Assembly: GCA_038816475.1 (NCBI GenBank)
Contig: JAWBAI010000004.1
Location: 1 to 64,000, forward strand
Direction: 5' to 3'
Origin: Desulfurococcaceae archaeon
Lineage (GTDB): Archaea > Thermoproteota > Thermoprotei_A > Sulfolobales > Desulfurococcaceae
Length of the DNA stretch: 64,000 nt
Shown: positions 19,898-29,368 of the stretch, in pieces
Layout: each line of letters begins with the position of its first letter
Numbering within the stretch: the first letter of the stretch is position 1
Notes under the pieces: generated by a model
Databases searched by the model: none
What the model was told of the DNA's origin: nothing
What the model saw: the letters and a program-made list of their open reading frames with translations, nothing else
Program-made: the position numbers and the translations under genes

Positions 19898-20781
19898 GAA
19901 GCATGGGAATACTCGTTAACTCCAATACTAGAGCCATAGTGCAAGGTATAACAGGAAGAGAAGGAAGCTTTCACACGAAGCTAATGCTAGAGTATGGTAC
20001 TAAAATAGTTGCTGGAACATCGCCCGGTAAAGGTGGGTCGTACGTTCATGGGGTGCCCGTTTATAACACAGTACATGAAGCCGTGGAAGAGCAGGGTGAA
20101 GTAGACGCTTCAATAGTGTTCGTGCCAGCACGCTTTGCTCCCGATGCGGTATACGAGGCTATCGATGCTGGCGTAAAACTAGTAGTTGTGATAACCGAGG
20201 GGATTCCCCTCCTGGACGAGGTAAGACTTGTCAACTACGCAAAGAAACGAGGTGTTGTAATTGTAGGTCCAAACACACCGGGTGTTATGACAGTTGGCGA
20301 GTGTAAACTGGGTATTATGCCATCGCACATCTTCAGTAAGGGTGCAATTGGTGTTGTATCGAGAAGCGGGACACTCACATACGAGATATCCAGGGAGATG
20401 GGAAAGAGGGGCTACGGAGTATCAACTGTTATAGGACTCGGAGGCGACCCTGTAACGGGCTTGGACTTCATAGAGGTATTTAAGTTGTTCCAGGAAGACA
20501 AGGAAACAGACGCTGTAGTGCTAATAGGTGAAATAGGAGGTGATGCTGAGGAGAGATTTGCAACCTACTATTCTAAGCTTAATGAGAAGAAGCCTGTTGT
20601 AGCGTACGTGGCTGGTAGAACAGCCCCACCGGGAAAACGCATGGGGCATGCTGGTGCTATTATCTCAATGGGCATGGGAGACTACGATTCAAAGAGGAGG
20701 GCTTTAGAGGAAGCAGGAATACCCGTCGCGGAAACACCATCTAGAGTTCCACAAGTTCTCACTAGTGTTCTAAGAAAGTAA
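19894..20781 (+). CDS. sucD: succinyl-CoA synthetase alpha subunit
   Basis: [26 protein letters not shown], phospho-His motif RMGHAGA. Confidence 0.93.
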   Translation: MRSMGILVNSNTRAIVQGITGREGSFHTKLMLEYGTKIVAGTSPGKGGSYVHGVPVYNTVHEAVEEQGEVDASIVFVPARFAPDAVYEAIDAGVKLVVVITEGIPLLDEVRLVNYAKKRGVVIVGPNTPGVMTVGECKLGIMPSHIFSKGAIGVVSRSGTLTYEISREMGKRGYGVSTVIGLGGDPVTGLDFIEVFKLFQEDKETDAVVLIGEIGGDAEERFATYYSKLNEKKPVVAYVAGRTAPPGKRMGHAGAIISMGMGDYDSKRRALEEAGIPVAETPSRVPQVLTSVLRK

Positions 20782-20838
20782 ACCAGTTATACGTTCCACT
20801 TATTCAATATATAACCATGAGCAATGTAGTAACTAGGT

Positions 20839-21390
20839 ATGAGGTGTAAAGGCGTGATACCTGTTAATAAGATAGGCCCAGGTGAGAAGGCGCCAGATGA
20901 AGTAAACGTGGTAATCGAGATACCGCTGGGAAGTGGCGTAAAGTACGAGCTTGACAAGGACACCGGCGTACTCGTGGTCGACAGAATACTGTACACTTCA
21001 ATGGTGTACCCCTTTAATTACGGATTTATACCAGGAACTCTGGAGGAGGATGGAGACCCCGTCGACGTACTAGTGATCTCATACGACCCTCTGCTACCCG
21101 GCTCTATCATAAGGGTTAAACCAATAGGAGTTCTCGAAACGCAGGATGAAAAAGGTTTTGACGCCAAAATCGTAGCTGTTCCTGCTAACAAGATAGACCC
21201 TAGATTTGAGAACATAAACGATATCGCGGATGTTCCAGAGGCTATCAAGCAGAGAATAGAGCACTTCTTTGCTCACTACAAAGAGCTGGAGAAGGGTAAA
21301 TGGGTTAAAGTTATTGGATGGCGAAGTCGTAACGAAGCACTAGAGAAAATAAAGAAAGCAATTGAAATGTACGAAAAGAGCAGAAAGTAA
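20839..21390 (+). CDS. ppa: family I inorganic pyrophosphatase
   Basis: [30 protein letters not shown]. Confidence 0.96.
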   Translation: MRCKGVIPVNKIGPGEKAPDEVNVVIEIPLGSGVKYELDKDTGVLVVDRILYTSMVYPFNYGFIPGTLEEDGDPVDVLVISYDPLLPGSIIRVKPIGVLETQDEKGFDAKIVAVPANKIDPRFENINDIADVPEAIKQRIEHFFAHYKELEKGKWVKVIGWRSRNEALEKIKKAIEMYEKSRK

Positions 21391-21415
21391 ACATGTAGGC
21401 TACGAATTCACTAGT

Positions 21416-21739
21416 TCAGATGTTTTCAGCGATCATAAACCTCGGCGAAGCTATCCACTCGCTCTTACACTTTGGGCATCTACTAGGTTTTTTGGGTTTC
21501 TTAATGTCTTTGAAGACAAATCCGCATTTTTTGCACACCGGTGGCTCCATAACCAGTACTTTTCGACCATGGCTTTTAGCACGTATAGTCTTAGCTACGT
21601 GAGCAAGGTGCTCATAAACATCCTCAGGTGATGTATTGTTGCCAAGCATGTTCGCTATTTCACTAGCTGTGAGCGGAGTTTTCGTGGACTCTAGTATTCT
21701 CATGATCCTCTCTCTTATAGTCTCGTAGTTCTCATTCAA
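21416..21739 (-). CDS. HTH plus Zn-ribbon putative transcriptional regulator
   Basis: VYEHL.H.AK, PP.C..CGF.F, PSRCP.CKSE.I..P.F. Confidence 0.8.
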   Translation of the reverse strand: MNENYETIRERIMRILESTKTPLTASEIANMLGNNTSPEDVYEHLAHVAKTIRAKSHGRKVLVMEPPVCKKCGFVFKDIKKPKKPSRCPKCKSEWIASPRFMIAENI

Positions 21740-21762
21740 TCTTACTCTCCTTTAGAGTAGAG

Positions 21763-22809
21763 CTAGCTACCTTGATACTGGTGGAGTATCCAGCTAGCAT
21801 CGAATGGTTTACTACGCTTTATTCCTCCGCTTACAAGCCCGTGAGCTATTATCGGGAGAGCTATTGTAGCATCCACGTGCACAGTCTTCTTTTTAGCTTT
21901 GGGTGAAACCTTACCCCAGCTTATGGCTTCTTCGAGGGTTGCTCCACTTAATCCACCCCATTGTGGCATGTCAGTTGTGAACTGAACAACATACTCTAAG
22001 CTTTTGTAAAAGCCATGTACACCCTCCTCATACTCCGCTATGAGGGTTTGAGCAACAGTAACAAGGTTCACGTAGTCTTTTGGAACACCGCCTCCTATGT
22101 ATATAGCTGATAGCTTCTTTGATCTCCTCCCTATTTCTACGAGTTGATGGAAGTCCTTGACCATATCTATGATCACTCGTTTCCCCTTTCTATGAGCTAA
22201 TAGTAGTCCCATTCCGTAGGCGCTGTCCACGAGCGCTGGTGAGAACACTGGTACGCGGGTTCTGTAAGCCGCTGCTACTATACTATCTATTCCTCTTTCA
22301 TTAAGAAACTTGCCGAACTCGTGAAGAAACTCGGCAGTGGAGAACACTTTTCCATCAGGCAGTGTTTCAACGAATTCCCTTATTAACAGCTCCATTTTCC
22401 TGTAGTTTTCCTCGCTTGCAATAGTATCGTAGAAGCGATCGTACCCGTGCTTCAGTAATAGAGTATCATCTATACATGGATGAACCTTGTAGTACTTGAA
22501 GCCCATGGCCTCGTATATGTCTTCGCTTATGTTTGCACCCGTGGATACTACCACGTCCACGTATCTCTCTTCCACTAGCCACTTTACTATTTTCCACATT
22601 CCAGCTGTGCTCATAGAACCAGCTAAACCCAGAAATATGGTGTTCTCGGGGTCTTTGAACATATCGATCAGCACTCTGTAGGCTTCTCCGAGCGACCTAC
22701 CCTGGAAGGAGATGTTCTCCATTTCCATTAGAAGTTCGTGAACACTTCTCTCTCTTACCTCTAAAGCCTTTACTTCACCGTAGGCGAACTCGGGTTCCGT
22801 AGAGCACAT
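21763..22809 (-). CDS. dys: deoxyhypusine synthase
   Basis: STGAN..ED, P.FSPAL.DS, IGGGVPK, GGLSGATL.EA.SWGK, DATIALP. Confidence 0.9.
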   Translation of the reverse strand: MCSTEPEFAYGEVKALEVRERSVHELLMEMENISFQGRSLGEAYRVLIDMFKDPENTIFLGLAGSMSTAGMWKIVKWLVEERYVDVVVSTGANISEDIYEAMGFKYYKVHPCIDDTLLLKHGYDRFYDTIASEENYRKMELLIREFVETLPDGKVFSTAEFLHEFGKFLNERGIDSIVAAAYRTRVPVFSPALVDSAYGMGLLLAHRKGKRVIIDMVKDFHQLVEIGRRSKKLSAIYIGGGVPKDYVNLVTVAQTLIAEYEEGVHGFYKSLEYVVQFTTDMPQWGGLSGATLEEAISWGKVSPKAKKKTVHVDATIALPIIAHGLVSGGIKRSKPFDASWILHQYQGS

Positions 22810-22920
22810 GCAAGTATCCCTAGCGATTCTAACTCCAGGGATTTATTATATGTGAGAGAGCCCTGATCACGGCAACATATTTCGCGTGCTTCTACACATG
22901 CATGTTTAAAGGTGGGGAAG

Positions 22921-23029
22921 TGCCGCCGCCGGGATTTGAACCCGGGACAACCGGATCTCTCCTGGGCCGACTCCGTGTGTACATAAACCCGTATGAGTCC
23001 GGCGCTCTGCCGGGCTGAGCTACGGCGGC
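22921..23029 (-). tRNA. tRNA-Met(CAT), elongator type, with 35-nt intron at 37/38 (22957-22991)
   Basis: GCCGCCG/CGGCGGC acceptor; CCGGA-CTCATA|intron|A-TCCGG; T-loop GGTTCAAATCC. Confidence 0.92.
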
Positions 23030-23150
23030 ACTCCCTATAAGTTTAGAGAAGAAAAGGCTTATAAAACTGTACGTAAACTTGTTCGCCTTTGAAGAGAAGC
23101 GTGATCAGTTGAGGTGCTTAGCAGAGTTCTAGGATTTTCGTTGAGGTGGA

Positions 23151-23226
23151 TGCGGCGGCCGGGATTTGAACCCGGGATCTCCGGCTTGGAGGGCCGGCGT
23201 CCTAGTCCAGGCTAGACGACCGCCGC
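23151..23226 (-). tRNA. tRNA-Gly(TCC)
   Basis: GCGGCGG/CCGCCGC acceptor; CCGGC-CCTCCAA-GCCGG. Confidence 0.96.
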
Positions 23227-23292
23227 CTGTTATATTATTCTACGTTTTCGTGATTTAAAATATTTCTAAGGGGTTTTACAGTATTGGTTTTC

Positions 23293-23352
23293 GGAGTGAT
23301 GATAAGAGGGTCTTATGAGCGTAAGCTGTGAAGAGCGCTGGAAATACTGAGG
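23293..23352 (+). ncRNA. C/D-box 2'-O-methylation guide sRNA
   Basis: box C GTGATGA (23296-23302), 12-nt guide, D' ATGA, C' GTGAAGA, 12-nt guide, box D CTGA (23347-23350); intergenic; ends approximate. Confidence 0.8.
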
Positions 23353-23358
23353 AAACTT

Positions 23359-24072
23359 CTACTCAACGTCTATGAATTCCTTAACAACTGCACTCGCTTC
23401 TTCAAGATCCTTGTATGTATCAATAGCTTTCCAGAAAATACCCGTGTACTTGACTCCCCCGAGAGCTCCATCTCGCGCCATTGCAGGAAAAGCCGTTTTT
23501 TCAAGGTCTCCCTTCTCGGGGAAGTAACGTAGCGCTTCTCGTCTAAGCGCATATACTCCGGCGTTTATCCAGTAGTCTTTTATAACTGGTTTTTCTACAA
23601 ATCCTTTTACATCACCGTTTTCAATGTCGAGTACTCCGTAGGGGCTTGGTAAAGGAATGGTTGCTATAACACCGAGGTACTTTCTATTGGAATTGAGCTT
23701 TTCTACGAGCAGTAGTGGGTTTAGATTTGTTATAATATCGCCGTTAAGAACGAGGAATACCTCATCCTTCGACAGTACATGCTCTGCGTTTTTAATAGCA
23801 CCACCTGTCCCCAGGGGGTCGTCCTCAACTACGTAGGTTATTTTCACACCGAGCTTTGAGCCACTTCCGAAGTACTCTATTATCTTCTCTTTTCTGTAGC
23901 CTACCAGGAGTACGATTTCTCTGATACCGTAATTCTTCAACCACAGGATCTGCCATTCCAGTATAGGTCTATCAGCCACCTGAATCATGGGTTTAGGTAA
24001 ATCATCAGTGTAAGGTCTTAAACGCTTCCCTAATCCACCAGCTAAAATTGCTGCTAGCAACGCAATCACCAC
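23359..24072 (-). CDS. sugar-phosphate nucleotidyltransferase (NDP-sugar synthase family)
   Basis: ILAGGLGKRLRPYT...PKPM, E..PLGTGGA, NGD, F.EKP, INAG.Y. Confidence 0.9.
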   Translation of the reverse strand: MVIALLAAILAGGLGKRLRPYTDDLPKPMIQVADRPILEWQILWLKNYGIREIVLLVGYRKEKIIEYFGSGSKLGVKITYVVEDDPLGTGGAIKNAEHVLSKDEVFLVLNGDIITNLNPLLLVEKLNSNRKYLGVIATIPLPSPYGVLDIENGDVKGFVEKPVIKDYWINAGVYALRREALRYFPEKGDLEKTAFPAMARDGALGGVKYTGIFWKAIDTYKDLEEASAVVKEFIDVE

Positions 24073-24165
24073 TAGGAGCTATGGAGAGCTTGGCTAAAAA
24101 TTTTGAAAAACCCGAGTTTTAAAACTAATAAACCCTCTAAGTCTATAATAGCAGTGGCGAAGAGT

Positions 24166-24266
24166 GCCGCCGTAGCTCAGCCCGGGAGAGCGCCCGTGGT
24201 GAGTTACAGGAACCACCGGCGAAGCTGAAGACCGGGATGTCCGGGGTTCAAATCCCCGCGGCGGCA
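24166..24266 (+). tRNA. tRNA-Phe(GAA) with 27-nt intron at non-canonical position 30/31 (24197-24223)
   Basis: removing the intron restores CCCGG-CTGAAGA-CCGGG; BHB: CGCC/GGCG helix with bulges CG|T and AA|G. Confidence 0.92.
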
Positions 24267-24385
24267 CTTGCCTAACTGATATCTCCTTAAGTGTGGTTGG
24301 TTTAATGAGGCTTTCCGAGACTGCTACGTCAAGCTGTTTAGTCCTATTTAACCTGGTACTCGAGTATTAAACTAACGTACTTTGG

Positions 24386-24997
24386 TTGATGATTAGTTCA
24401 ATCAACTACATAGTGGTGTTCAAATTGTTGAAAATACTGCTAGTACCCTTAACAACTCACGGTGTTCTGGAGTACATAGACAATTTAAGTGTGGATGTAA
24501 AGAGGGTATTGGATAAGACGGGCGTGGAATTCGAGGTCATCATATGGCCAGATGTTCTTAAACCACCTATGAGGTGTTTTGACTGGAGCAGACTACAGTA
24601 CCATGCTGGGTGTGTGCTTAAGTACCTTAAGGATCAGTTTCAGCGACTTGGTCTTGTTGGAAAATTCTACATTACTGGAATAGGTTATCTTGATGCCTAC
24701 GAGTTCGGCCTGAATTTCGTGTTCGGCGAAGCAAACCCTGATTACAAAGTAGCAGCGGTGTTCACCAAGAGGCTTAAACCAGAATTCTACGATGAACCAC
24801 CAAACTACAGCTTATACTACAATCGTTTGATCAAAGAGACTGTACACGAGCTCGGGCACTTGATCAGACTAGAACACTGCGATAATCCAAAGTGTGTTAT
24901 GAGATTTAGTAACAGCATTACAGAAGTGGATGAAAAAAGCTCTGAGTTCTGCGAGCGATGTAAGGCCGAGATCAGAAGATGGGTTGGAACAAGCTAG
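24386..24997 (+). CDS. amzA: archaemetzincin Zn metalloprotease
   Basis: QY, D.Y..GLNFVFGEA, KE.VHELGH...L.HC...CVM.FSNS..EVD.K...FC..C; start probably slightly downstream. Confidence 0.9.
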   Translation: MMISSINYIVVFKLLKILLVPLTTHGVLEYIDNLSVDVKRVLDKTGVEFEVIIWPDVLKPPMRCFDWSRLQYHAGCVLKYLKDQFQRLGLVGKFYITGIGYLDAYEFGLNFVFGEANPDYKVAAVFTKRLKPEFYDEPPNYSLYYNRLIKETVHELGHLIRLEHCDNPKCVMRFSNSITEVDEKSSEFCERCKAEIRRWVGTS

Positions 24998-25464
24998 ATG
25001 TCAAGAACAAAGTACGCGATCCACTCGTTCTCCGTTTTAACTATTCTCATTAAACTATACGTAGGAGACTTAACTTCAACTCTTGGTTCATGCTTATCGT
25101 GCTGAAACTTCTCGCAATAGGCTTTTCCGCTAACAGTGTACTCCAGAGCTTCATTTATTTTCTTGATGATGAAATGGTCTACTGAAATTTTACCACACAC
25201 CAGGTTCTCCGAGTAGTACAGTATCAGGAGCTCTTCTAGCCACTTGTACAAGAGGTTCTCCAGGTCGAATCCTGAAGCTGAAACTTCTCTTACTACGAGA
25301 GGTTCAACCTTCTTTGTGTTAACCATTGTATCGAATAGAGCAATTCCACTGTTCTCGAGTAGCTCAATAATGCTACTACCTTTAGCCTTAATGTAAACGT
25401 CACCTGTGTGTTCCAGCATGTCGTATACGCCTGGTAAACTGTGAATGATCTTCTCCTCGGTCAT
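24994..25464 (-). CDS. archease (RtcB activator)
   Basis: EHTGD, DLENLL..WL.ELL, VKS.TY, FVLDI C-terminus. Confidence 0.92.
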   Translation of the reverse strand: MTEEKIIHSLPGVYDMLEHTGDVYIKAKGSSIIELLENSGIALFDTMVNTKKVEPLVVREVSASGFDLENLLYKWLEELLILYYSENLVCGKISVDHFIIKKINEALEYTVSGKAYCEKFQHDKHEPRVEVKSPTYSLMRIVKTENEWIAYFVLDI

Positions 25465-25616
25465 ACCTAACCCTTTATTAGACTACCAGTTAGAAACTAA
25501 CACCATCTGTGTTATCAGCTCTAGAGTACCTATAGTTAAATGTTAAACATATAAACCCTTTAGGACTCTTAACTTTATCAACAAGCTGGGAAGATAATCT
25601 TGCTGGGTGCACGCGA

Positions 25617-26957
25617 TTGAGTGTAAAACGTTATCCCTTTGAATCCTACCATGAGTACCTCTCACCAGGTTACCAGCCAGATCCTGAAAACGACGTTATT
25701 GCTATTTTCAGAGTTACTCCTGCACCCGGTTTTAAGATCGAAGAGGTAGCTAGCGGTATAGGAGCTGAGAGTAGTACGGGAACGTGGACAACTCTATACC
25801 CATGGTACGATGTGGATAGAGTTAAGAAGCTAAGTGCAAAGGTTTACGAGATACTGGACCTTGGAGACGGCTCATACCTAGTTAAAGTAGCATACCCCGT
25901 GGAGCTGTTCGAAGAAGGAAACATGCCTGGTTTTCTAGCTAGCGTAGCTGGTAACATATTCGGTATGAGAAGAGCATCTGGGTTGAGACTCGAGGACTTG
26001 TACTTACCCTACAGCTTCCTCAAGTACTTTAAAGGACCCTCTAAAGGAGCTAAGGGGGTTAGAGACATCTTCAAAGTATACGATAGACCCATTGTTGGCA
26101 CGGTACCCAAGCCCAAGGAGGGTTATACAGCTGAGGAAGTTGAGAAACTAGCGTACGAGATACTCGAAGGCGGCCTTGACTACATAAAAGACGACGAGAA
26201 CCTTGCTAGCCCGAGCTTCTGCAGGTTTGAAGCTAGAGCTAAGGCTATTATGAAGGTTATAGATAGGGTTGAAAAAGAAACAGGTGAGAAAAAAGCCTGG
26301 TTTGCGAACATAACAGCCGATATTCGTGAAATGGAGAAAAGACTTAAACTGATAGCAGACTACCGAAACCCCTATGTAATGGTCGATGTTGTAATAACGG
26401 GCTGGAGCGCTTTGACCTACATAAGAGACCTCGCTGAAGAATACGGCTTGGCAATACATGCTCACAGAGCTATGCACGCAGCTTTCACAAGGAACAAGTA
26501 TCATGGTATATCAATGTACGTTCTAGCGAAGCTGTACAGGATCATAGGCGTAGATCAGCTGCACGTGGGTACAGCGGGTGCTGGTAAACTCGAAGGCGAA
26601 AAGCTGGATGTTGTGAGATACGCGAGAATACTACGCGAAGAACACTTCAAGCCGGACCCGGACGACGTATTTCACCTTGAGCAGAAGATGTACCACATAA
26701 AACCAGCTATGCCTGTAGCCTCAGGTGGTTTGCACCCAGGAAACATACCACTAGTCATAGAAGCACTGGGATCAGACATAGTTATGCAAATAGGTGGAGG
26801 TGTTATAGGACACCCCGATGGACCGCGAGCAGGGGCTAGAGCTGTAAGACAAGCACTAGAAGCAATACAAAAGGGCATACCTCTCGACGAGTACGCTAAA
26901 ATCCACAAAGAACTATCAAGAGCACTTGAGAAGTGGGGCTTTGTAAAACCAATTTAA
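25617..26957 (+). CDS. rbcL: ribulose-1,5-bisphosphate carboxylase, form III
   Basis: ESSTGTWT, AGNIFGM, KPK.G, GLDYIKDDEN, HAHRAMHAA, GKLEG, SGGLHPG, GGG..GHP. Confidence 0.96.
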   Translation: MSVKRYPFESYHEYLSPGYQPDPENDVIAIFRVTPAPGFKIEEVASGIGAESSTGTWTTLYPWYDVDRVKKLSAKVYEILDLGDGSYLVKVAYPVELFEEGNMPGFLASVAGNIFGMRRASGLRLEDLYLPYSFLKYFKGPSKGAKGVRDIFKVYDRPIVGTVPKPKEGYTAEEVEKLAYEILEGGLDYIKDDENLASPSFCRFEARAKAIMKVIDRVEKETGEKKAWFANITADIREMEKRLKLIADYRNPYVMVDVVITGWSALTYIRDLAEEYGLAIHAHRAMHAAFTRNKYHGISMYVLAKLYRIIGVDQLHVGTAGAGKLEGEKLDVVRYARILREEHFKPDPDDVFHLEQKMYHIKPAMPVASGGLHPGNIPLVIEALGSDIVMQIGGGVIGHPDGPRAGARAVRQALEAIQKGIPLDEYAKIHKELSRALEKWGFVKPI

Positions 26958-26960
26958 CAT

Positions 26961-26968
26961 CTTTTTTG
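26961..26968 (+). terminator. T-rich archaeal terminator after rbcL
   Basis: CTTTTTT immediately after the stop codon, in a convergent gap. Confidence 0.4.
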
Positions 26969-27037
26969 ATTGATAGAGAACATTTTGTAAATACTTCTTT
27001 TTAAGCTTCTAGCTTGAACAACTGCTCATATAACCGT

Positions 27038-28354
27038 TTACTTCCTTTTCACCAAGTGTGCTAGTAGAAGAGTAACGATCAGGGCAGTAGCAGCAACCAG
27101 GATTAGAGCTATGATGGTATAGCTTGGGAAGGGTTTTTCCCTATGAGCGATTTCTACAGAAGATATTATTTCTGAGCTTTCACGAGTGATCTCGTGAGTG
27201 GTTTCAGCGGAGGTTTCGGTAAATGTTTCGTTTTGAGATTCCTGGATATCCAAGTAACCTTTGAGTAGTTTATTGAAGAATCTAAGAGCATTATCTAGTG
27301 TAATTGGATAACCTATCAACTGCTTTACCTCGGATTCATCAAAGATGCCTAATACTTGTGTTGCGTTGATTTTCCTGTGAAGCTGCACGACTTCTTCAAC
27401 AGCTTCCTTATCTACTTCTGTAACTCGCGTGTAGCTTTCGAATACAAAGGGGTAAACAATAAGTGAGTAAGCGAGGAAGTCCAGGGATAACCAGCCGAAC
27501 CCTGGAATATAGGATAGTGTAAATCCATGTGGACCATTGTTTATGAAAATGTATGTTACGTTTTCGAGAGTTATCGTGTAGTTAAAGTTCTTAATGTAAA
27601 CGTACCCATAGGCTATCAATGCTGGTATTCCATAGGAGTTCAAGAGCTCAACTAGTACTCTGGACATATCATCACAGTCTCCTCTACGAGTTTCAATAAC
27701 CTCATCTATGGTTCTTGGAAGAGAAGCTGGATCGTACTTTATGAACTCCTGGTACACGAAGTATCCTGCTGTAACAGCAATTCCAGCATACCTAGCTTGA
27801 TCTACGCTTACAAAGTATCTCTTTTTAAACCAGTCCTCGAATTGGGGTTTTACTTCTTCAACAACTCTACTGTAGGGGGGTTTTACGTAGTTTTCGAGTA
27901 TTTCCTGTGGAATGGTTCTTTCATCGGGTAGCTCGCTACTCATAGGATTTCTCAAAGCTTTTTGTAGCAAATTCAGTTGCTGAGGTTTCACGCAAATCCT
28001 AAGCTCACTTATATAGAAACCCTCAAAGTACTCCCCCTCGGTGATGTTGAACGTGTACATTCTTACTGATTCGTTGAAAACAACATTGTAGGCCACAAGA
28101 CCTACAGCGGTTTGCTCAAAGCCTTCAACTAAGCTAATGTTACCGGGTGTTTCAAGAGCAAGTATTGTGCTTATGGTTGAGTTGTACACTATTATTCCAT
28201 TAAAGAAGTAGAGTACTCGGCACTCAAGGTCACTACTAGAAGAGCTCACCTGGAGGTTGATAAATCCGACAGGAACAAAACTGCTTACCAAGAGCAGAGC
28301 AGTAATAACTGCAATAACTTTAAGACGCACACTCCCGATGAACTCGTTAAGCAT
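27038..28354 (-). CDS. secreted, membrane-anchored transglutaminase-like (papain-fold) protein
   Basis: N-terminal signal/TM; GDCDD, GPH, GW..LD triad; T/S/E-rich linker; C-terminal TM plus KRK. Confidence 0.8.
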   Translation of the reverse strand: MLNEFIGSVRLKVIAVITALLLVSSFVPVGFINLQVSSSSSDLECRVLYFFNGIIVYNSTISTILALETPGNISLVEGFEQTAVGLVAYNVVFNESVRMYTFNITEGEYFEGFYISELRICVKPQQLNLLQKALRNPMSSELPDERTIPQEILENYVKPPYSRVVEEVKPQFEDWFKKRYFVSVDQARYAGIAVTAGYFVYQEFIKYDPASLPRTIDEVIETRRGDCDDMSRVLVELLNSYGIPALIAYGYVYIKNFNYTITLENVTYIFINNGPHGFTLSYIPGFGWLSLDFLAYSLIVYPFVFESYTRVTEVDKEAVEEVVQLHRKINATQVLGIFDESEVKQLIGYPITLDNALRFFNKLLKGYLDIQESQNETFTETSAETTHEITRESSEIISSVEIAHREKPFPSYTIIALILVAATALIVTLLLAHLVKRK

Positions 28355-28685
28355 TCACACATCCTCCTAGCAAACTCCACTAGGAAAATTAACCTGGCAC
28401 CCTAATAACGTTCGATCATAGAGTTTAAAAAGAGTTTAAAGAACTAAGTAACTAACCTTCTTTTCAATTCAACTCGCGAAGACTCCTAGTTCTAGTTCAG
28501 GATAATGACGTAAATACATACGTAAACAGATTTCAAGGGTGTACAAAACTCGATTTGCTTCAAGAAGCTCTGAATAGACCCAGTATCTTAGGTATCAAAG
28601 AACAAAGTGTTAGAACTCCTTCTTTACCATTGATAAGTATGTTAATTATGTGGAGAATACTGTTGAAATATAGAAGGGGTTTAAG

Positions 28686-28772
28686 CGCCGGGGGCGGGAT
28701 TTGAACCCGCGCGGGGAGCATACCCCCACTGGCTCTCAAGGCCAGCCCCTTAGACCGCTCGGGCACCCCGGC
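28686..28772 (-). tRNA. tRNA-Ser(TGA)
   Basis: GCCGGGG/CCCCGGC acceptor; CTGGC-CTTGAGA-GCCAG; long variable arm. Confidence 0.96.
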
Positions 28773-28778
28773 TTCCTT

Positions 28779-29360
28779 TTATGGTCTTAGGTATAGGAGG
28801 ATATAACCTTTTTTACTAGTGGATTCAACATGGCTGTAGAGCTTTCTGGCTTCACGGAGCAGGTATTCGCCTCCCTTTGCTAAGACGAACTGAGCAAAAC
28901 CGTTTTCTTCCAGGTGTTCTCGAGCTCCCAGCACGATGTCCTCCACTACCTTCATTCCAGCTGAGAGTGGCGGATTAGAGTATATTGCTTTAAACAACGT
29001 GTTCTTTACGGGCTCATACCTATCTCCCTCTAAGACCACAACTCTGTTCTCTACATCGTTAAGCCTAGCGTTTATACGGGAGACCTTAACAGCGAGCGGA
29101 TTTACGTCAACCATGTAAACTTTCAGAGACGGGTTTAACTTAGCTATCGTGATACCTATAATGCCGTATCCACAGCCTACGTCAAGAACAAGACCAGAGT
29201 CAGGTAGAACAATGTTCTCCAGTAGAAGTCTCGTACCTTCATCCACCTCAGTTCCGGAGAACAGGCTAGAGTAAGATACGAACTGTAGTGTCACACCTCT
29301 TATTACAAAGGGTATAAGGACTTTTCTACCGGGTGCTTTACCTGGTTTGTAGTAGTGCAT
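28779..29360 (-). CDS. class I SAM-dependent methyltransferase (RsmC/MTS-like)
   Basis: MHYY start after GGAGG SD; FS...VD.GT.LL, LDVGCGYG, NPP. Confidence 0.85.
   Translation of the reverse strand: MHYYKPGKAPGRKVLIPFVIRGVTLQFVSYSSLFSGTEVDEGTRLLLENIVLPDSGLVLDVGCGYGIIGITIAKLNPSLKVYMVDVNPLAVKVSRINARLNDVENRVVVLEGDRYEPVKNTLFKAIYSNPPLSAGMKVVEDIVLGAREHLEENGFAQFVLAKGGEYLLREARKLYSHVESTSKKGYILLYLRP
28800..28814 (-). promoter_or_regulatory. BRE/TATA for tRNA-Ser embedded in the 3' end of the methyltransferase CDS
   Basis: AAAAAAGGTTATAT on the minus strand about 30 nt upstream of the tRNA 5' end. Confidence 0.5.
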
Positions 29361-29368
29361 TACTAGAG

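Noticed and set aside
25163-25185. ATGATGA...CTGA as a C/D sRNA
   Set aside because: Antisense within the archease CDS and lacks the second C'/D pair
25617-26957. Calvin-cycle autotrophy
   Set aside because: Form III enzyme with no small subunit or phosphoribulokinase in the window; fermentative gene context
28420-28441. Tandem AGAGTTTAAA repeat as a CRISPR remnant
   Set aside because: Only two 10-nt copies with no spacer; more likely promoter or low-complexity sequence
28560-28766. 68-aa ORF MPERSKGLALRAS...
   Set aside because: Translation of the tRNA-Ser gene; spurious
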